Below, one piece after another: positions 18,694-29,404 of a stretch of DNA of 64,000 nt (positions within the stretch are counted from its first letter, which is position 1; every line of letters begins with the position of its first letter). Source of the stretch: Longimicrobiales bacterium (GTDB lineage: Bacteria > Gemmatimonadota > Gemmatimonadetes > Longimicrobiales > Gaopeijiaceae); NCBI GenBank assembly GCA_963422615.1, contig OY730414.1:2092302-2156301 (forward strand). Reading direction: 5' to 3'. Made by a program: the position numbers and the translations under genes. Under the pieces are notes generated by a model. It was given only the letters and a program-made list of their open reading frames with translations, did no database searches and was not told the origin of the DNA.

Positions 18694-21186
18694 TCACATG
18701 AGCTGCAAAGGGTCTCGATCCAGCTCCATCCGGACATCGGCCCCCTTCAGTTCGAACTCGGATGCCACCGCCCGAAGCATTCGACCCACATCGGCGGCGC
18801 TTCCCCGAAGGAGAAGATGCCACCGGAAGCGTTCCCGAAGTTTTTCGATGGGGGCCGGTGCGGGCCCTAACACTTCCGGGCGGGACCCCGGGCGCCGGCG
18901 GAACCAGGTCCCCAGACGTTCGGTGTTGGCAAGGGCATCCTCCCGATTCGGACTGCTCACGAGGACCCTGGCCATGCGGACCCGGGGCGGATAGGGAGGA
19001 TCCCTCCGGCCCTCTAGCTCCCGTTCCACGAACCCACGGTAGTCGTGGCCCACGGCTGCCCGAATGACGTAATGGTCCGGCACGTAGGTCTGAATCACGA
19101 CCTCTCCCGGCAGCCGCCCCCGACCCGCTCGCCCCGCCACCTGAGCCAGGAGCTGGAAGGTCCGCTCGGCGCTCCTGAAGTCGGGCAGGTGCAATCCCAC
19201 GTCGGCGTTGATGACCCCCACCAGGGTGACCCGGTGGAAGTCCAGACCCTTGGCGATCATCTGGGTCCCCAACAGAATGTCTACCGATCCATCCCGAAGA
19301 CGGCCCAGAATCTCGTGGTGGGACCACTTTCCCCTGGTCGTATCCATATCCATGCGGGCGATCCGGGCCCCCGGGAGGCTCTCGACCAGGATCCGCTCCA
19401 CCTGTTCGGTCCCGAGGCCCCCGTACCACAACGCCCGAGATCCGCACCGGGCGCAGCGCTCCGGCGGGGCTTCGGTGTGGCCGCAGTGATGGCACGCCAG
19501 CCGGCGCCGACCTCGGTGGAGGGTCATGGAGACGGAGCAGCGGGGACATTCCGCGACGTCCCCGCAGTCGTCGCACAGGGCGAAGGTGGCGTACCCCCTG
19601 CGATTGAGGAGGAGGATCGTCTGCTCCTTTCGGGAGAGGCGCAAATGGATGGCTTCCGAAAGTCGGGGAGACAGAACCCGCTCCGGCGGCTTGGGGGCGC
19701 CGACCGGCCCGACGGGTCCGGAGGAGGGGATCGGCGCAACCGGCCCAACTATTGAGGCCGTCCCGGAACCCCCCTTCTTCTTCATGTCCACGACGCGAAC
19801 CTGGGGGAGGACGCCTCCCCCCACCCGGTCGGGCAGGGAGAGCAGGCCGTACTTCTCCGCCTGCGCATTGGTCCAGCTCTCCAGTGAGGGCGTGGCTGAA
19901 CCGAGAACGCAGACAGCCCCCGCGCGAGCGGCCCGAACCACCGCGACATCGCGAGCGTTGTACCGGGGGACGTCCGACTGCTTGTAGCTGCCGTCGTGCT
20001 CCTCGTCCACAATGATGGCTCCGGGCCGGAGCACGGGGGCGAACACGGCAGAGCGGGCGCCGATCGCGATCCGTTTGTCCCCGGACTTGATCTGGCACCA
20101 GGCATCGAAACGCTCCCCGTCGGAGAGTCCCGAATGCATCACGGCCACTTGATTCCCGAAGGCCCCCCGGAAGCTGGAAACCGTCTGGGGCGTCAGTGCG
20201 ATTTCGGGAACCAGAACCACCCCACTTTCGCCCCTGGCCAGCACTCGCTTCAGCAGCTCCACGTACACCAGCGTCTTGCCGGAGCCCGTCACGCCGTGAA
20301 GCAGGAAGGTACCCCCTCCTCCTTCCAGGGCGTCCGCCAGACGCGCCACGACCCGGCGCTGGTCGGGCGTGGGGATGGGACCGGGGCGGCCCTCCCCGGC
20401 CTGATCCCGGAACGGGTCCCGAAAGACGACCTCTTTCTCGAACTCGGCCACTCCCTTGTCCACCAGTCCCCGGATCACGCTTCTGGCGAAGCCGTTGTCA
20501 AGCAGCGCCGCCAGGGGCTGACGTCCGCCCGATTCTTGTAACCGTTCGAAGGCTTCCCGCTGCCGCTTGGCCCTACCGAACGTCTGTTCCAGTTCGTCCA
20601 GGGTTTCGATGGGACGAGTGATCCGAACGACGGACCGGGTGCGAGAGGCCGGCAGCTTCGGGGGCTTCGTCACGTGGCCCACCGCGCCCCGTTCCACCAA
20701 TCGGCGTACGTTGGCCCAGAAGGCGCTCCCCCCGACCTCCCGACGGACACCCGCCGCCGACCGTCCCTCCGGACGACCGGAGACCGCGGCCAGGATCCGG
20801 GCTTCTCCAGGGGAAAGGGCCTCGTCGGAGCCCGGCGAACGTAGGGGAACCAGAAGGTTCCGGGACGCGTCGGCCATGCGGGCGGGCAGCATGCTCCGGA
20901 GCACAACCCCCAAGGGGGCCACGTAGTACCCCGCGATCCAGTGGGCCAGCTCCAACAGCCCGCCAACCAACGAAGGCTCCGTATCGATTACGGACAGAAC
21001 ATTCCGCACCCCGGGCACCTGCTTTCCCGGACCGAGCACCCAGCCAACCAGGGTCCGGTTGCCGAAGGGGACCATGACTCGGGTACCGGCCCGGGGGATT
21101 GCTCCCGGGATCCGGTAGTTGAACGCCCGGCGCAGCGGAACCGGCAACGCCACCTCTACGAAGGAAGCGCCGGTACCGGACATCAC
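18694..21186 (-). CDS. priA: Primosomal protein N' (replication-restart helicase)
   Basis: HGVTGSGKT, VPEIALTPQ, DEEHD, GSATPS, four CxxC pairs, GTQMIAKGLDF, QVAGRAGR. Confidence 0.97.
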   Translation of the reverse strand: MMSGTGASFVEVALPVPLRRAFNYRIPGAIPRAGTRVMVPFGNRTLVGWVLGPGKQVPGVRNVLSVIDTEPSLVGGLLELAHWIAGYYVAPLGVVLRSMLPARMADASRNLLVPLRSPGSDEALSPGEARILAAVSGRPEGRSAAGVRREVGGSAFWANVRRLVERGAVGHVTKPPKLPASRTRSVVRITRPIETLDELEQTFGRAKRQREAFERLQESGGRQPLAALLDNGFARSVIRGLVDKGVAEFEKEVVFRDPFRDQAGEGRPGPIPTPDQRRVVARLADALEGGGGTFLLHGVTGSGKTLVYVELLKRVLARGESGVVLVPEIALTPQTVSSFRGAFGNQVAVMHSGLSDGERFDAWCQIKSGDKRIAIGARSAVFAPVLRPGAIIVDEEHDGSYKQSDVPRYNARDVAVVRAARAGAVCVLGSATPSLESWTNAQAEKYGLLSLPDRVGGGVLPQVRVVDMKKKGGSGTASIVGPVAPIPSSGPVGPVGAPKPPERVLSPRLSEAIHLRLSRKEQTILLLNRRGYATFALCDDCGDVAECPRCSVSMTLHRGRRRLACHHCGHTEAPPERCARCGSRALWYGGLGTEQVERILVESLPGARIARMDMDTTRGKWSHHEILGRLRDGSVDILLGTQMIAKGLDFHRVTLVGVINADVGLHLPDFRSAERTFQLLAQVAGRAGRGRLPGEVVIQTYVPDHYVIRAAVGHDYRGFVERELEGRRDPPYPPRVRMARVLVSSPNREDALANTERLGTWFRRRPGSRPEVLGPAPAPIEKLRERFRWHLLLRGSAADVGRMLRAVASEFELKGADVRMELDRDPLQLM

Positions 21187-21217
21187 CTGCCGGTCCTGGG
21201 GCCTCCCAGGGCCCGAA

Positions 21218-22426
21218 TCAGGCGGGGGGAAACAGGAAGACGCTTTCCTGGGGTTGGTCCACCGTGACTTCCGGGCCGTCCGGTCCCATGTAGACGTTGA
21301 TCTCGGTGCGGATCCCCACTTCGTTCGGGATGTAGATCCCCGGTTCGATGGAGAAGCCTACCCCCGGGACCAGGACGCGGTCGTCCCGGGATTCGAGGTT
21401 GTCCAGGTTGGGACCGCGGCCGTGGATGTCCCGGTCGATGGAATGTCCCGTGCGGTGAACGAAGGACTCTCCGTAACCCGCCGCCCGGATGACGCCCCGG
21501 GCCACATCGTCCACTTCGAAGCCACGGATGACTTCTCCCCGGGCAAAGCGCGATCGCAGCGACGCCACCACGGCGTCCCGGGCCGCTCTTACGATCTCCC
21601 AGAGTTCACCGATTCGCCGGGGCAGTTCGGCACCCAGGAAGGCCATCCAGGTTTGATCGGCCGGCACCGAGTCCTCGTGGAGGGCTCCCCACAGGTCAAC
21701 GAGGAGGAGATCCCCGGCCCGGATGGGTTCGCCCACCTCTCCCGGGTCGTAGTGGGGGTCCGCCGCCGAAGGCCCAATGGCCACGATACAGTCCGCCTGG
21801 GCCGGCGCTCCCCGCCGGACCAGTTCGGCCCGAATCCACCCGGCGAGGGCGCCCTCTGTCACCGTCTCTCCTCGGTGTACCCGGTCTGCGGCCCGGGCAA
21901 AGGCGTCTCGGGCCAGGAGTTTGACCCGCTGGGACGCCCGACCGTGCTCCTCCCGCTGGGAGGGTGTCCACACGGCGTAGAAGGAGGACACCAGGTTGCC
22001 GGAACTCTGAAGTTCGACGCCCGCGTCGCCCAGGAGATCCCTCATGCCGGCAGGGAGGAGGTCCAGGTAGGGAACACCACCACGAGCCGATGTCTCCGCC
22101 GCCACTCGGGCACACCCCTCCAGAAGGGCTCGAATCCCCTCTTCCATCGACTGCCAGCTCGAATAGGTTGTTCTTGGCCAGTCGAGGTGGCGCCACGAAG
22201 ACTGTTCGATCGCGTGGATCAGGAGTCGGGGCCGCCCGGAGGCGGGAACGAAGGCGAATCCCCGCCGGGTGGTCCACTCCAGCCCGAGGAGGGAGCGACC
22301 AATGGGGTTACGGTCCTTGAAGTCGAAGAGGAGCCAACCGTCCAACCCCTGTTCCCGGAGGGCGGCCTGGACCCGGGCGACACCCTCGTCGGTCGCGAGC
22401 ACCGCCGAAGTCATGCCCGGGCTCAT
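21218..22426 (-). CDS. M24 family Xaa-Pro aminopeptidase
   Basis: DPHY, VDLW, ADQT, HRTGHSI, FSIEPGIY, GIRTE metal ligands. Confidence 0.9.
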   Translation of the reverse strand: MSPGMTSAVLATDEGVARVQAALREQGLDGWLLFDFKDRNPIGRSLLGLEWTTRRGFAFVPASGRPRLLIHAIEQSSWRHLDWPRTTYSSWQSMEEGIRALLEGCARVAAETSARGGVPYLDLLPAGMRDLLGDAGVELQSSGNLVSSFYAVWTPSQREEHGRASQRVKLLARDAFARAADRVHRGETVTEGALAGWIRAELVRRGAPAQADCIVAIGPSAADPHYDPGEVGEPIRAGDLLLVDLWGALHEDSVPADQTWMAFLGAELPRRIGELWEIVRAARDAVVASLRSRFARGEVIRGFEVDDVARGVIRAAGYGESFVHRTGHSIDRDIHGRGPNLDNLESRDDRVLVPGVGFSIEPGIYIPNEVGIRTEINVYMGPDGPEVTVDQPQESVFLFPPA

Positions 22427-22989
22427 GCCTCCGCCTCCTCCATTGCGTCGAACTCCGCCAGGGCTGCGTTCAACCGTTCCCTGTCCTCGTCAGAAAGATC
22501 GCTACCGTCCGAAACCTCCCCGGGTCCCTTGAGGCGCCGGAGAACCACGACGACCAACCCCAGCCCCAGGAAAAGCGCCGCGGGAGGCATGACCCAGGCC
22601 CATAGTCCGGCTCCACTCCTCTTCGGAAAGGCCCGGTACTCCTCCCCGTAGGCGGCGACGACCCGTTCCACCAAACTGTCGGCGCTCAGTCCCTGGCGGG
22701 CCCCCGCTTCGATGCTGTCCCGGAGGGCACGGGCGTTCGTCGTGGGGCAGACCTCCAGCATCAAGCCCGGGCAGAAGGGGGAGCGAAGCTTGGAAACCGC
22801 TTCCCGGGCCGCCGGATCGGGTTGCGCGGACGGGTGTTCCTGGGCTTCCAGGCGGGCTGCGAGAACCGGGACGGCCGACGGAAGCTCGGGATGCCCCGAC
22901 GAGAGCGGGGCTGGCGCGGGGGCGATCGCAACGTGAAACAGCACGGCCGACGAAAGAAAAAACCAAGAGAAAACGGGAGCCCGGATCAT
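22423..22989 (-). CDS. ccmH: Cytochrome c biogenesis CcmH-like protein
   Basis: LRSPFCPGLMLEVCP, ALRDSIE, VAAYGEE, WAWVMP followed by a TM helix. Confidence 0.75.
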   Translation of the reverse strand: MIRAPVFSWFFLSSAVLFHVAIAPAPAPLSSGHPELPSAVPVLAARLEAQEHPSAQPDPAAREAVSKLRSPFCPGLMLEVCPTTNARALRDSIEAGARQGLSADSLVERVVAAYGEEYRAFPKRSGAGLWAWVMPPAALFLGLGLVVVVLRRLKGPGEVSDGSDLSDEDRERLNAALAEFDAMEEAEA

Positions 22990-23238
22990 GAGGGGCCCGT
23001 ACCGAGAAAGGCATCAGCAGCTTGGGCCAGCGGCGTATCTTTCGGGTCCGCCACCCTGGAATCCCGGCCCACGAACAGTAACAAGGCCCCCGCCCACGGC
23101 GTCACGGCTCGGCAGACACGCGCCCGAGTCAAGGTCGTATTGGACTTTGTCATCGGGGGTGTCTTTCCCTGGGGCGGCGTGCGTGAACGGTTTTCAACCA
23201 TAACAAGCCCACGGGAGGAAGCGTAAGGCCGAACCAGT

Positions 23239-23277
23239 CGGTCACCCAAGCGGGCGGGCGGTCACCCAAAGCGGGCG
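23239..23277. repeat. Intergenic direct repeat CGGTCACCCAA(A)GCGGGCG x2, 20-nt period
   Basis: Read directly: copies at 23239-23256 and 23259-23277. Confidence 0.85.
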
Positions 23278-23327
23278 TATTCGCACCGCAACACCCGCGC
23301 CGGTGCACCCGCGAACGGAACGCCTCC

Positions 23328-24374
23328 TCATCCGACAGCAGCCGAACCCTCCGCCGGCACGCCCGCCAGGGCCCGGACGACGGCGACACACCCCGCGCCG
23401 GTGCGCCCGGGATCGTACCCCCCTTCCAGGAAGACCACGACCCGGCCCTCACACCAGCGATCGGCCGCCTCGATCACCCGAAGGGTCATCCAGTGGAGGT
23501 CTTCGGGCTCCAGGAGCTGGCCGCCCAAAGGATCGCCGGCAAGGACGTCGAAGCCTGCGGAAACCAGGACAAAATCGGGATCGGACCGGGAAACGGCCGC
23601 ATCCAGGGCCTTCCCGAAGACCTTCAGATAGTTCTCCCGGGAGGTTCCCGCAGGGAGGGGGACGTTCAAGGTGAACCCCTCCCCCGCCCCGGTGCCGGTC
23701 TCGTCCGCGGCGCCGGTACCGGGATAGTGGGGGTACTGATGGAGGGAAAGGAAGAACACGGCGGGGTCGTCGTAGAAGATGTCCTGGGTTCCGTTTCCGT
23801 GGTGGACGTCCCAGTCCACGATGAGCACCCGCCGGGCCTGGTTCCGAGCACGGAGAGTCGCCGCCGCAATGGCAACACTGTTGAAGAGACAGAAGCCCAT
23901 CGCCCGATCGGGGGTCGCGTGATGCCCCGGGGGCCTCCCCGCAACGAATGCGTTCCGGTACACGCCCTTCGCAACGGTGCTGACGGCGTCAAGCCCCGCT
24001 CCAACCGTCCCCAGGACCGCATCCCATGACGCGGTGGAAACGCGGGTGTCGGTGTCCCCAGCGACGGCGACGGATTTCCCCCGCCTCCCCGCTTCCCCGA
24101 CGGCATCCCGCACCGCCTCAACCAGCGACGAAGCGTGGACCAAAGCCAAGTCATCCTCCGTAGCGGCCCCGGGCTGGGCGTACGCCACCCTCTCGTGCAG
24201 GGCTGGAAGGTCGCTTGCGATCGCGGACGCCAGGGCCCGGAGGCGGCCCTGATGCTCTGGATGGCCCCAGCCCGGGTCGTGGAGCACCGCGGCACCGTGG
24301 AGGAAAAAGCCGGTCAAGGCGGTGGTCTTGGAACCCGGTATTCCCGTTTCGGAGGGGCTGGAAACCGGAGTCAT
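23328..24374 (-). CDS. Histone deacetylase family (Zn-dependent amidohydrolase)
   Basis: HPE, RPPGHHA, GFCLFN, DWDVHHGNGTQ, SAGFD, DPLG, LEGGY. Confidence 0.95.
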   Translation of the reverse strand: MTPVSSPSETGIPGSKTTALTGFFLHGAAVLHDPGWGHPEHQGRLRALASAIASDLPALHERVAYAQPGAATEDDLALVHASSLVEAVRDAVGEAGRRGKSVAVAGDTDTRVSTASWDAVLGTVGAGLDAVSTVAKGVYRNAFVAGRPPGHHATPDRAMGFCLFNSVAIAAATLRARNQARRVLIVDWDVHHGNGTQDIFYDDPAVFFLSLHQYPHYPGTGAADETGTGAGEGFTLNVPLPAGTSRENYLKVFGKALDAAVSRSDPDFVLVSAGFDVLAGDPLGGQLLEPEDLHWMTLRVIEAADRWCEGRVVVFLEGGYDPGRTGAGCVAVVRALAGVPAEGSAAVG

Positions 24375-25096
24375 CCGGGTTGAAGATACAGCTGCAAGGC
24401 CGGGGGCCGCTCCACCTCAACGGCATACCCCTGGAGGTCGCGTTGGGCGTAACCTATTGCCGCAGCGACTTCTAGAAGCTCTGCCGTATAGCCGTCAAAC
24501 GAATCCAAGTCGGGTACCCAAAACTCCAGCAACCTTCCCGATGGGAGTTCGCCGGCAAGGATGATGTGTCGACGAGTTGCCGACCCTCCCTCAAACAGCT
24601 TGAATTTCGCTGCGCGAAGCGAATCAAGGAAGGGGCCCGTCGGATGACGGCTCCGCCGCCAAGTCAAAGACCGCGACCATGGGTAGTCCTTCGCCGAATC
24701 GTTCCCAAACACCGATCACCCCAGAACAAAAGACGCCCAGATCCGTGCCGATGAAAAGCTGATCAGGGTTCCCAGGATCTAGAAGAATTGCGTTCACTGG
24801 ATGATCAGGACGATTGCCCGTGATGTCATGCCACGTGTGAGTTGGACCAGCTCGCGCCAGCGTCACGAGTTACGCTGACAAAACCCCACTCTGCAGTGTA
24901 GACTACTCCAGCAGCAGAGCGAGCAGGTCCAATTGCGGTAAAGAGATCATTGGAGGCTCTGTGAATTGGTTCCCAGAGTTCCCCACCGTCCCGAGTTCGG
25001 TCGAGTCGCTCAGTACCGAAGTATGGAACGGCCGAATCAAAGGGGATCCATCACGAGCGGCGGAATAAACGCGGCTTCGTCTTCAAGGTCGATACG
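24371..25096 (-). pseudogene. Eroded BNR/Asp-box (VPS10-like) beta-propeller protein remnant
   Basis: Manual translation across frameshifts: AFIPPLVMDP / YFGTERLDRTRDGGELW...VTRDAGASW / WHDITGNRPDHPVNAILLDPGNPDQLFIGTDLGVF...GEGLPMVAVFDL / ...LLEFWVPDL. Confidence 0.75.
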
Positions 25097-25231
25097 ACTC
25101 CCATGGGAATCAAGCGCTTCAGGGCAGCGCACGATAGGCACGCGCCTATACAGTCAAGCTCGAAGCGACGACGCGCCGCACGGACGACGAACAACAATCA
25201 GGACACAGTCAGGGTTGGGATACCCGGGCAG

Positions 25232-25549
25232 TTACGATTTGACTATGTAGTAGTGATTGGAGAAATCGGATTTGATGAGGTTCTCGGGATGATCCGCGAG
25301 AAATTCGTCAATGGCGCGAGTCGAACCCGGTCATTCATCGAGACCATATTCGTCAAAAGAGATGATTCCTCCTGGTACTACGTAACAATATAGATTCTCC
25401 AAAGCACATTTGTAAGATTCGTACAAGTCCAAGTCGAGATGCAACATAACAATTGGATGACCGGGATAGTGGGGCAGAGTGTCCTTGATGTCGCCGGAAA
25501 CGATAGCGTGAATCTGACCACCGTGAATGCGCGCGCCTGACGTCCAACT
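25232..25549 (-). pseudogene. TylF/NovP-like O-methyltransferase C-terminal remnant with in-frame TGA
   Basis: Not in the ORF track: SGDIKDTLP...MLHLDLDLYESYKCALENLY..VVPGGIISFDEY.LDE*PGSTRAIDEF. Stop at 25331-25333 sits where WPG is expected. Confidence 0.75.
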
Positions 25550-25742
25550 TCAATGTCACCCGGTCGGCAATCCGAAGGAATTTACGCAGCCTGAGTCTGG
25601 TACGGTTCAAAATTTGTCTGTGCTCCTTCAGGATTCATACCTGGAACAAGGAAAGTATTGAGGGAACTCTATCGGCGGAATCAGGTGTTTTTGTTATCCT
25701 GATGTGATGTTTTCAGTTCACAAGGGGTAGGGGGGCGGTGAT

Positions 25743-28700
25743 TCATAGCTTGACCGGGCAAGAATTTTCGGCAACCCGACGCTGTTCTCGTCCCATTTCG
25801 TGCCTCCCGTCCACCCTTTCGCTGCCAACGGACGCACTTATCCCGCCAACCATGCAAAAACCGCTCTGCACCTCCACCCCGTCCGCCCGGGCCAGGCGCT
25901 CCTGGATGCTCAGCACCTCGGGACGCCGGATCCGAAGCGCGGTTACCGCGTCCACGGCCGCGCTCGTGGCCGACAGGGTCGTCAAGTAGGGGACCCGGCA
26001 GGTGACCGCCGCCCGGCGCATGGCATAACCGTCGTACTGGGACTTCTTCCCCAGCGGTGTGTTGATCAGGAGGCCGACGCCTCCGCTCACGATCCGATCC
26101 ACGATGTCGGGACGCCCTTCCCCCACCTTGTAGATGCGCTCGCAAGCCACGCCCAGCTGGTTCAGGTAGCTTCGGGTACCCCGGGTCGCGTAGATGGAAA
26201 ACCCCAGGTCGGCCAAGCGCCGCACGAGGGGCGTGACGGCAGGCTTGTCGTCGTCGTTGACGGTAACGATCACGGACTTGTCTTCGTGTTCGCCGGGAAG
26301 CGGGTTCCCCGCCGACGCCTGCGCCTTGGCGAAGGCCATCCCGAAGGAGTCGTCCACCCCCATGGCTTCTCCCGTGGATCGCATCTCCGGCCCCAGCAGG
26401 GTGTCCACGTCGAATCGGTCGAACGGAAACACGGCTTCCTTGACCGCAACGCCGTGGACCTGGGGTTCCGAAGGTACGTTCATCCCCGCCAGCCGTTCCC
26501 CAGTCATGACCCGAGCCGCCAGCCGAGCTAGGGGTACGCCCGTGGCCTTCCCAACGAAGGGAACGGTTCGAGATGCCCGCGGGTTCACCTCGATGACGTA
26601 CACCCGACCCCCCTTTACGGCGAACTGAACGTTGAGGAGGCCGACCACACCCAGCTCCCGGGCGAAGCGGCGGGTCAGGTCGCGCATCTCGTCCAGCTCT
26701 TCCGGGCTCAGCCGGTAGGGAGGAAGCACGCAGGCCGAGTCTCCCGAGTGCACGCCCGCGTCCTCGATGTGCTGCATGACGCCCCCGATAACGACATCCG
26801 TTCCGTCCGAGAGGGCGTCGACATCGGCCTCGAAGGCGTCTTCCAGGAAACGGTCGATCAGCACCGGGTGGTCCGGTGAGGCCCTCACCGCCCGACCAAA
26901 GTAGCCCCTCAGGGACGCTTCGTCGTACACGATCTCCATGGCCCGGCCACCGAGAACGTACGAGGGGCGAACCAAAACCGGAAAGCCCACCGAGCGGGCG
27001 GTGCGGATCGCTTCCGCTTCGCTTCGGGCGGTTCCGTTCCTGGGGACCCGGGCACCGATCCGGCGACAGACTTCCTCGAAGCGGCGCCGGTCCTCGGCCC
27101 GGTCGATGGCGTCGACGGACGTGCCAAGGACAGGAACGCCCAGGGCCTCCAGCCCCCGGGCCAGATTCAGGGGGGTCTGGCCGCCCAGCTGAACGATCAC
27201 GCCCTCGGGCCGCTCCAGCTTGACGATCTCGACCACGTCTTCCAGGGTCACGGGCTCGAAGTAGAGCTTGTCGGCCACGTCGAAGTCGGTGGAGACCGTT
27301 TCGGGGTTGGAGTTGATCATGATGGTCTCGAAGCCGGCCTCCTTCAGGGCGAGAACGGCCTGGACGCAACAGTAGTCGAACTCGATTCCCTGTCCGATGC
27401 GGTTCGGGCCGCTCCCCAGAATGACGACCTTGCGCCGGCCGGAGGGCTTCGACTCGTCCTCGGATTCGTAGCACGAGTAGTAGTAGGGCGTTTCGGCCGG
27501 AAATTCCCCTGCGCAGGTGTCGACGGCGCTGTAGGTCGGATGGATCTCCCAGGCCCACCGGCAAGCCCGAACGATCTCTTCGTCCTCACCTAGGAGGGCG
27601 GCGAGCTGGGCGTCGGAGAAGCCTTCCCGCTTCATGCGGCGCAGGGAGGCCGGGTCCACCCGGGGGAGGTCCGAGAACCAGCGCTCCAGCCCCACGATCT
27701 GGCGCAGCTGGTCCAGGAACCACGGATCGATGCCCGTTGCCCGGTGGAGCCTCTCGATCGGGATGCCGGCCTCCAGGCCTCGCTTGATCTGATACTTCCG
27801 CCGGGTTGTGGGCCTCCGAAGGGCCTGAACCAGCTCGTCCGGGTCCTCGGACCGGAGGCCATCTTCTTCCAGGGTCTTTCCCGTCGTCCAGCCGGCACGA
27901 CCCGCCTCCAGCCCCCGCAGTCCCTTCTGCCAGGCTGAGCGAAAGGTGCGCCCGATGGCCATCGTCTCTCCGACGGACTTCATCTGGACGCCCAGGGTGT
28001 CGCCCGTTTCGGGGAACTTCTCGAAGGCGAAGCGGGGAAACTTCACGACCACGTAGTCCAGCGCGGGTTCGAACGAAGCGGGCGTGGTCTTTGTGATGTC
28101 GTTGGGGAGCTCGTGCAGGTGGTAGCCCACCGCCAGCTTGGCCCCCACGCGGGCGATGGGGAACCCCGTGGCCTTGGACGCCAGCGCCGAGGACCGGGAG
28201 ACCCGGGGGTTCATCTCCACCACCAGCATCTCCCCATCCTGGGGATTCACGGCGAACTGGATGTTGCAGCCCCCGGCCTCCACACCGATCTCTCGAATGA
28301 TGGCGATGGCGGCGTCGCGCATGGACTGGTATTCGGGATCGGAGAGGGTCTGGGCGGGCGCGACGGTCACGGAGTCCCCCGTGTGCACGCCCATGGGATC
28401 GAAGTTCTCGATGGAGCAGACCACGATCACGTTGTCCAGCCCGTCCCGGACCACCTCCAGCTCGTACTCCTTCCAGCCCATCACGCCCCGGTCAATCAGA
28501 ACTTCGCCGATTCGGCTGGCTTCCAGGCCCGTGCGAACCTGGGCCTTGAACTCGGCCAGGTTATAGGCGATACCGCCTCCGGTGCCCCCCAGGGTGAAGG
28601 ACGGACGAACGATGGCCGGATAGCCCGTTTCCGAGACGATGGCCAGCCCTTCCTCCACCGCTCGGGCGGTGCCACCCCGGGGAACGGACAAACCGATCCG

Positions 28701-29111
28701 GCTCATGGCGGCGGCGAACGCCTCCCGGTCCTCGGCCATCCGGATGGAACGTGCGTTCGCACCGATGAGCTCGATGCCGTGCTCCTTCAGCACTCCCGCG
28801 CCGTCGAGGTCCATGGCGACGTTGAGGGCGGTCTGGCCCCCCATGGTGGGGAGGAGAGCGTCGGGCTGCTCCCGTTCGATGACCCGGGTGACCCACGCCG
28901 GGGAAAGGGGCTCGATGTAGGTGCGGTCGGCCAAGTCCGGGGCGGTCATGATAGTCGCCGGATTCGAGTTGACCAGGATGACCCGGTATCCTTCCTCCTT
29001 GAGGGCCCGAACCGCCTGGGTACCCGAGTAGTCGAACTCGCACGCCTGCCCGATGACGATCGGGCCGGATCCCAGAATGAGGACGGACTGGATGTCCGTT
29101 CGTTTAGGCAA
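25743..29111 (-). CDS. carB: Carbamoyl-phosphate synthase large subunit
   Basis: [24 protein letters not shown], two ATP-grasp halves ([19 protein letters not shown]), MGS domain. Confidence 0.98.
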   Translation of the reverse strand: MPKRTDIQSVLILGSGPIVIGQACEFDYSGTQAVRALKEEGYRVILVNSNPATIMTAPDLADRTYIEPLSPAWVTRVIEREQPDALLPTMGGQTALNVAMDLDGAGVLKEHGIELIGANARSIRMAEDREAFAAAMSRIGLSVPRGGTARAVEEGLAIVSETGYPAIVRPSFTLGGTGGGIAYNLAEFKAQVRTGLEASRIGEVLIDRGVMGWKEYELEVVRDGLDNVIVVCSIENFDPMGVHTGDSVTVAPAQTLSDPEYQSMRDAAIAIIREIGVEAGGCNIQFAVNPQDGEMLVVEMNPRVSRSSALASKATGFPIARVGAKLAVGYHLHELPNDITKTTPASFEPALDYVVVKFPRFAFEKFPETGDTLGVQMKSVGETMAIGRTFRSAWQKGLRGLEAGRAGWTTGKTLEEDGLRSEDPDELVQALRRPTTRRKYQIKRGLEAGIPIERLHRATGIDPWFLDQLRQIVGLERWFSDLPRVDPASLRRMKREGFSDAQLAALLGEDEEIVRACRWAWEIHPTYSAVDTCAGEFPAETPYYYSCYESEDESKPSGRRKVVILGSGPNRIGQGIEFDYCCVQAVLALKEAGFETIMINSNPETVSTDFDVADKLYFEPVTLEDVVEIVKLERPEGVIVQLGGQTPLNLARGLEALGVPVLGTSVDAIDRAEDRRRFEEVCRRIGARVPRNGTARSEAEAIRTARSVGFPVLVRPSYVLGGRAMEIVYDEASLRGYFGRAVRASPDHPVLIDRFLEDAFEADVDALSDGTDVVIGGVMQHIEDAGVHSGDSACVLPPYRLSPEELDEMRDLTRRFARELGVVGLLNVQFAVKGGRVYVIEVNPRASRTVPFVGKATGVPLARLAARVMTGERLAGMNVPSEPQVHGVAVKEAVFPFDRFDVDTLLGPEMRSTGEAMGVDDSFGMAFAKAQASAGNPLPGEHEDKSVIVTVNDDDKPAVTPLVRRLADLGFSIYATRGTRSYLNQLGVACERIYKVGEGRPDIVDRIVSGGVGLLINTPLGKKSQYDGYAMRRAAVTCRVPYLTTLSATSAAVDAVTALRIRRPEVLSIQERLARADGVEVQSGFCMVGGISASVGSERVDGRHEMGREQRRVAENSCPVKL

Positions 29112-29232
29112 CTTCGCTTTGCGCTCGGGTCTTGCCCGATTCCATTTTCATGGCGGTGCGAAGCGCAACGAAGAAACCGCCCCAAACGTACGCCATGATC
29201 ACGATCATCGTGATCCAGGTCGCCGTCGTCAC
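29104..29232 (-). CDS. Small TM protein, MetS-like NSS transporter small subunit (42 aa)
   Basis: GTG start: [29 protein letters not shown]; hydrophobic helix with the WGG signature; stop overlaps the carB start. Confidence 0.6.
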   Translation of the reverse strand: MTTATWITMIVIMAYVWGGFFVALRTAMKMESGKTRAQSEVA

Positions 29233-29404
29233 GGCTTCGGGTTCACTGTCATTGAAGCGCAGTCCAAAAACGGTCCGGGTTCGCGCCCAGCGGGGATCCG
29301 GCGGGCCTCGCTGCTCCAAGAAACGTGCCACTCAAGCCGCGCGCACGCAAGGCGAAGGGCCTGAGGATCCGGTAAGCCTACAGCCTACAAGCAATCCGCC
29401 GGGC

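Noticed and set aside
22990..23327. Possible ncRNA (tmRNA, RNase P, SRP) in a long gap
   Set aside because: No diagnostic conserved motifs recognised.
25331..25333. TGA as recoded Trp or Sec
   Set aside because: TGA is a normal stop throughout the window and the fragment also lacks its N-terminus; a nonsense mutation is simpler.
25681..27564. 627-aa minus-strand ORF
   Set aside because: Alternative frame within carB.
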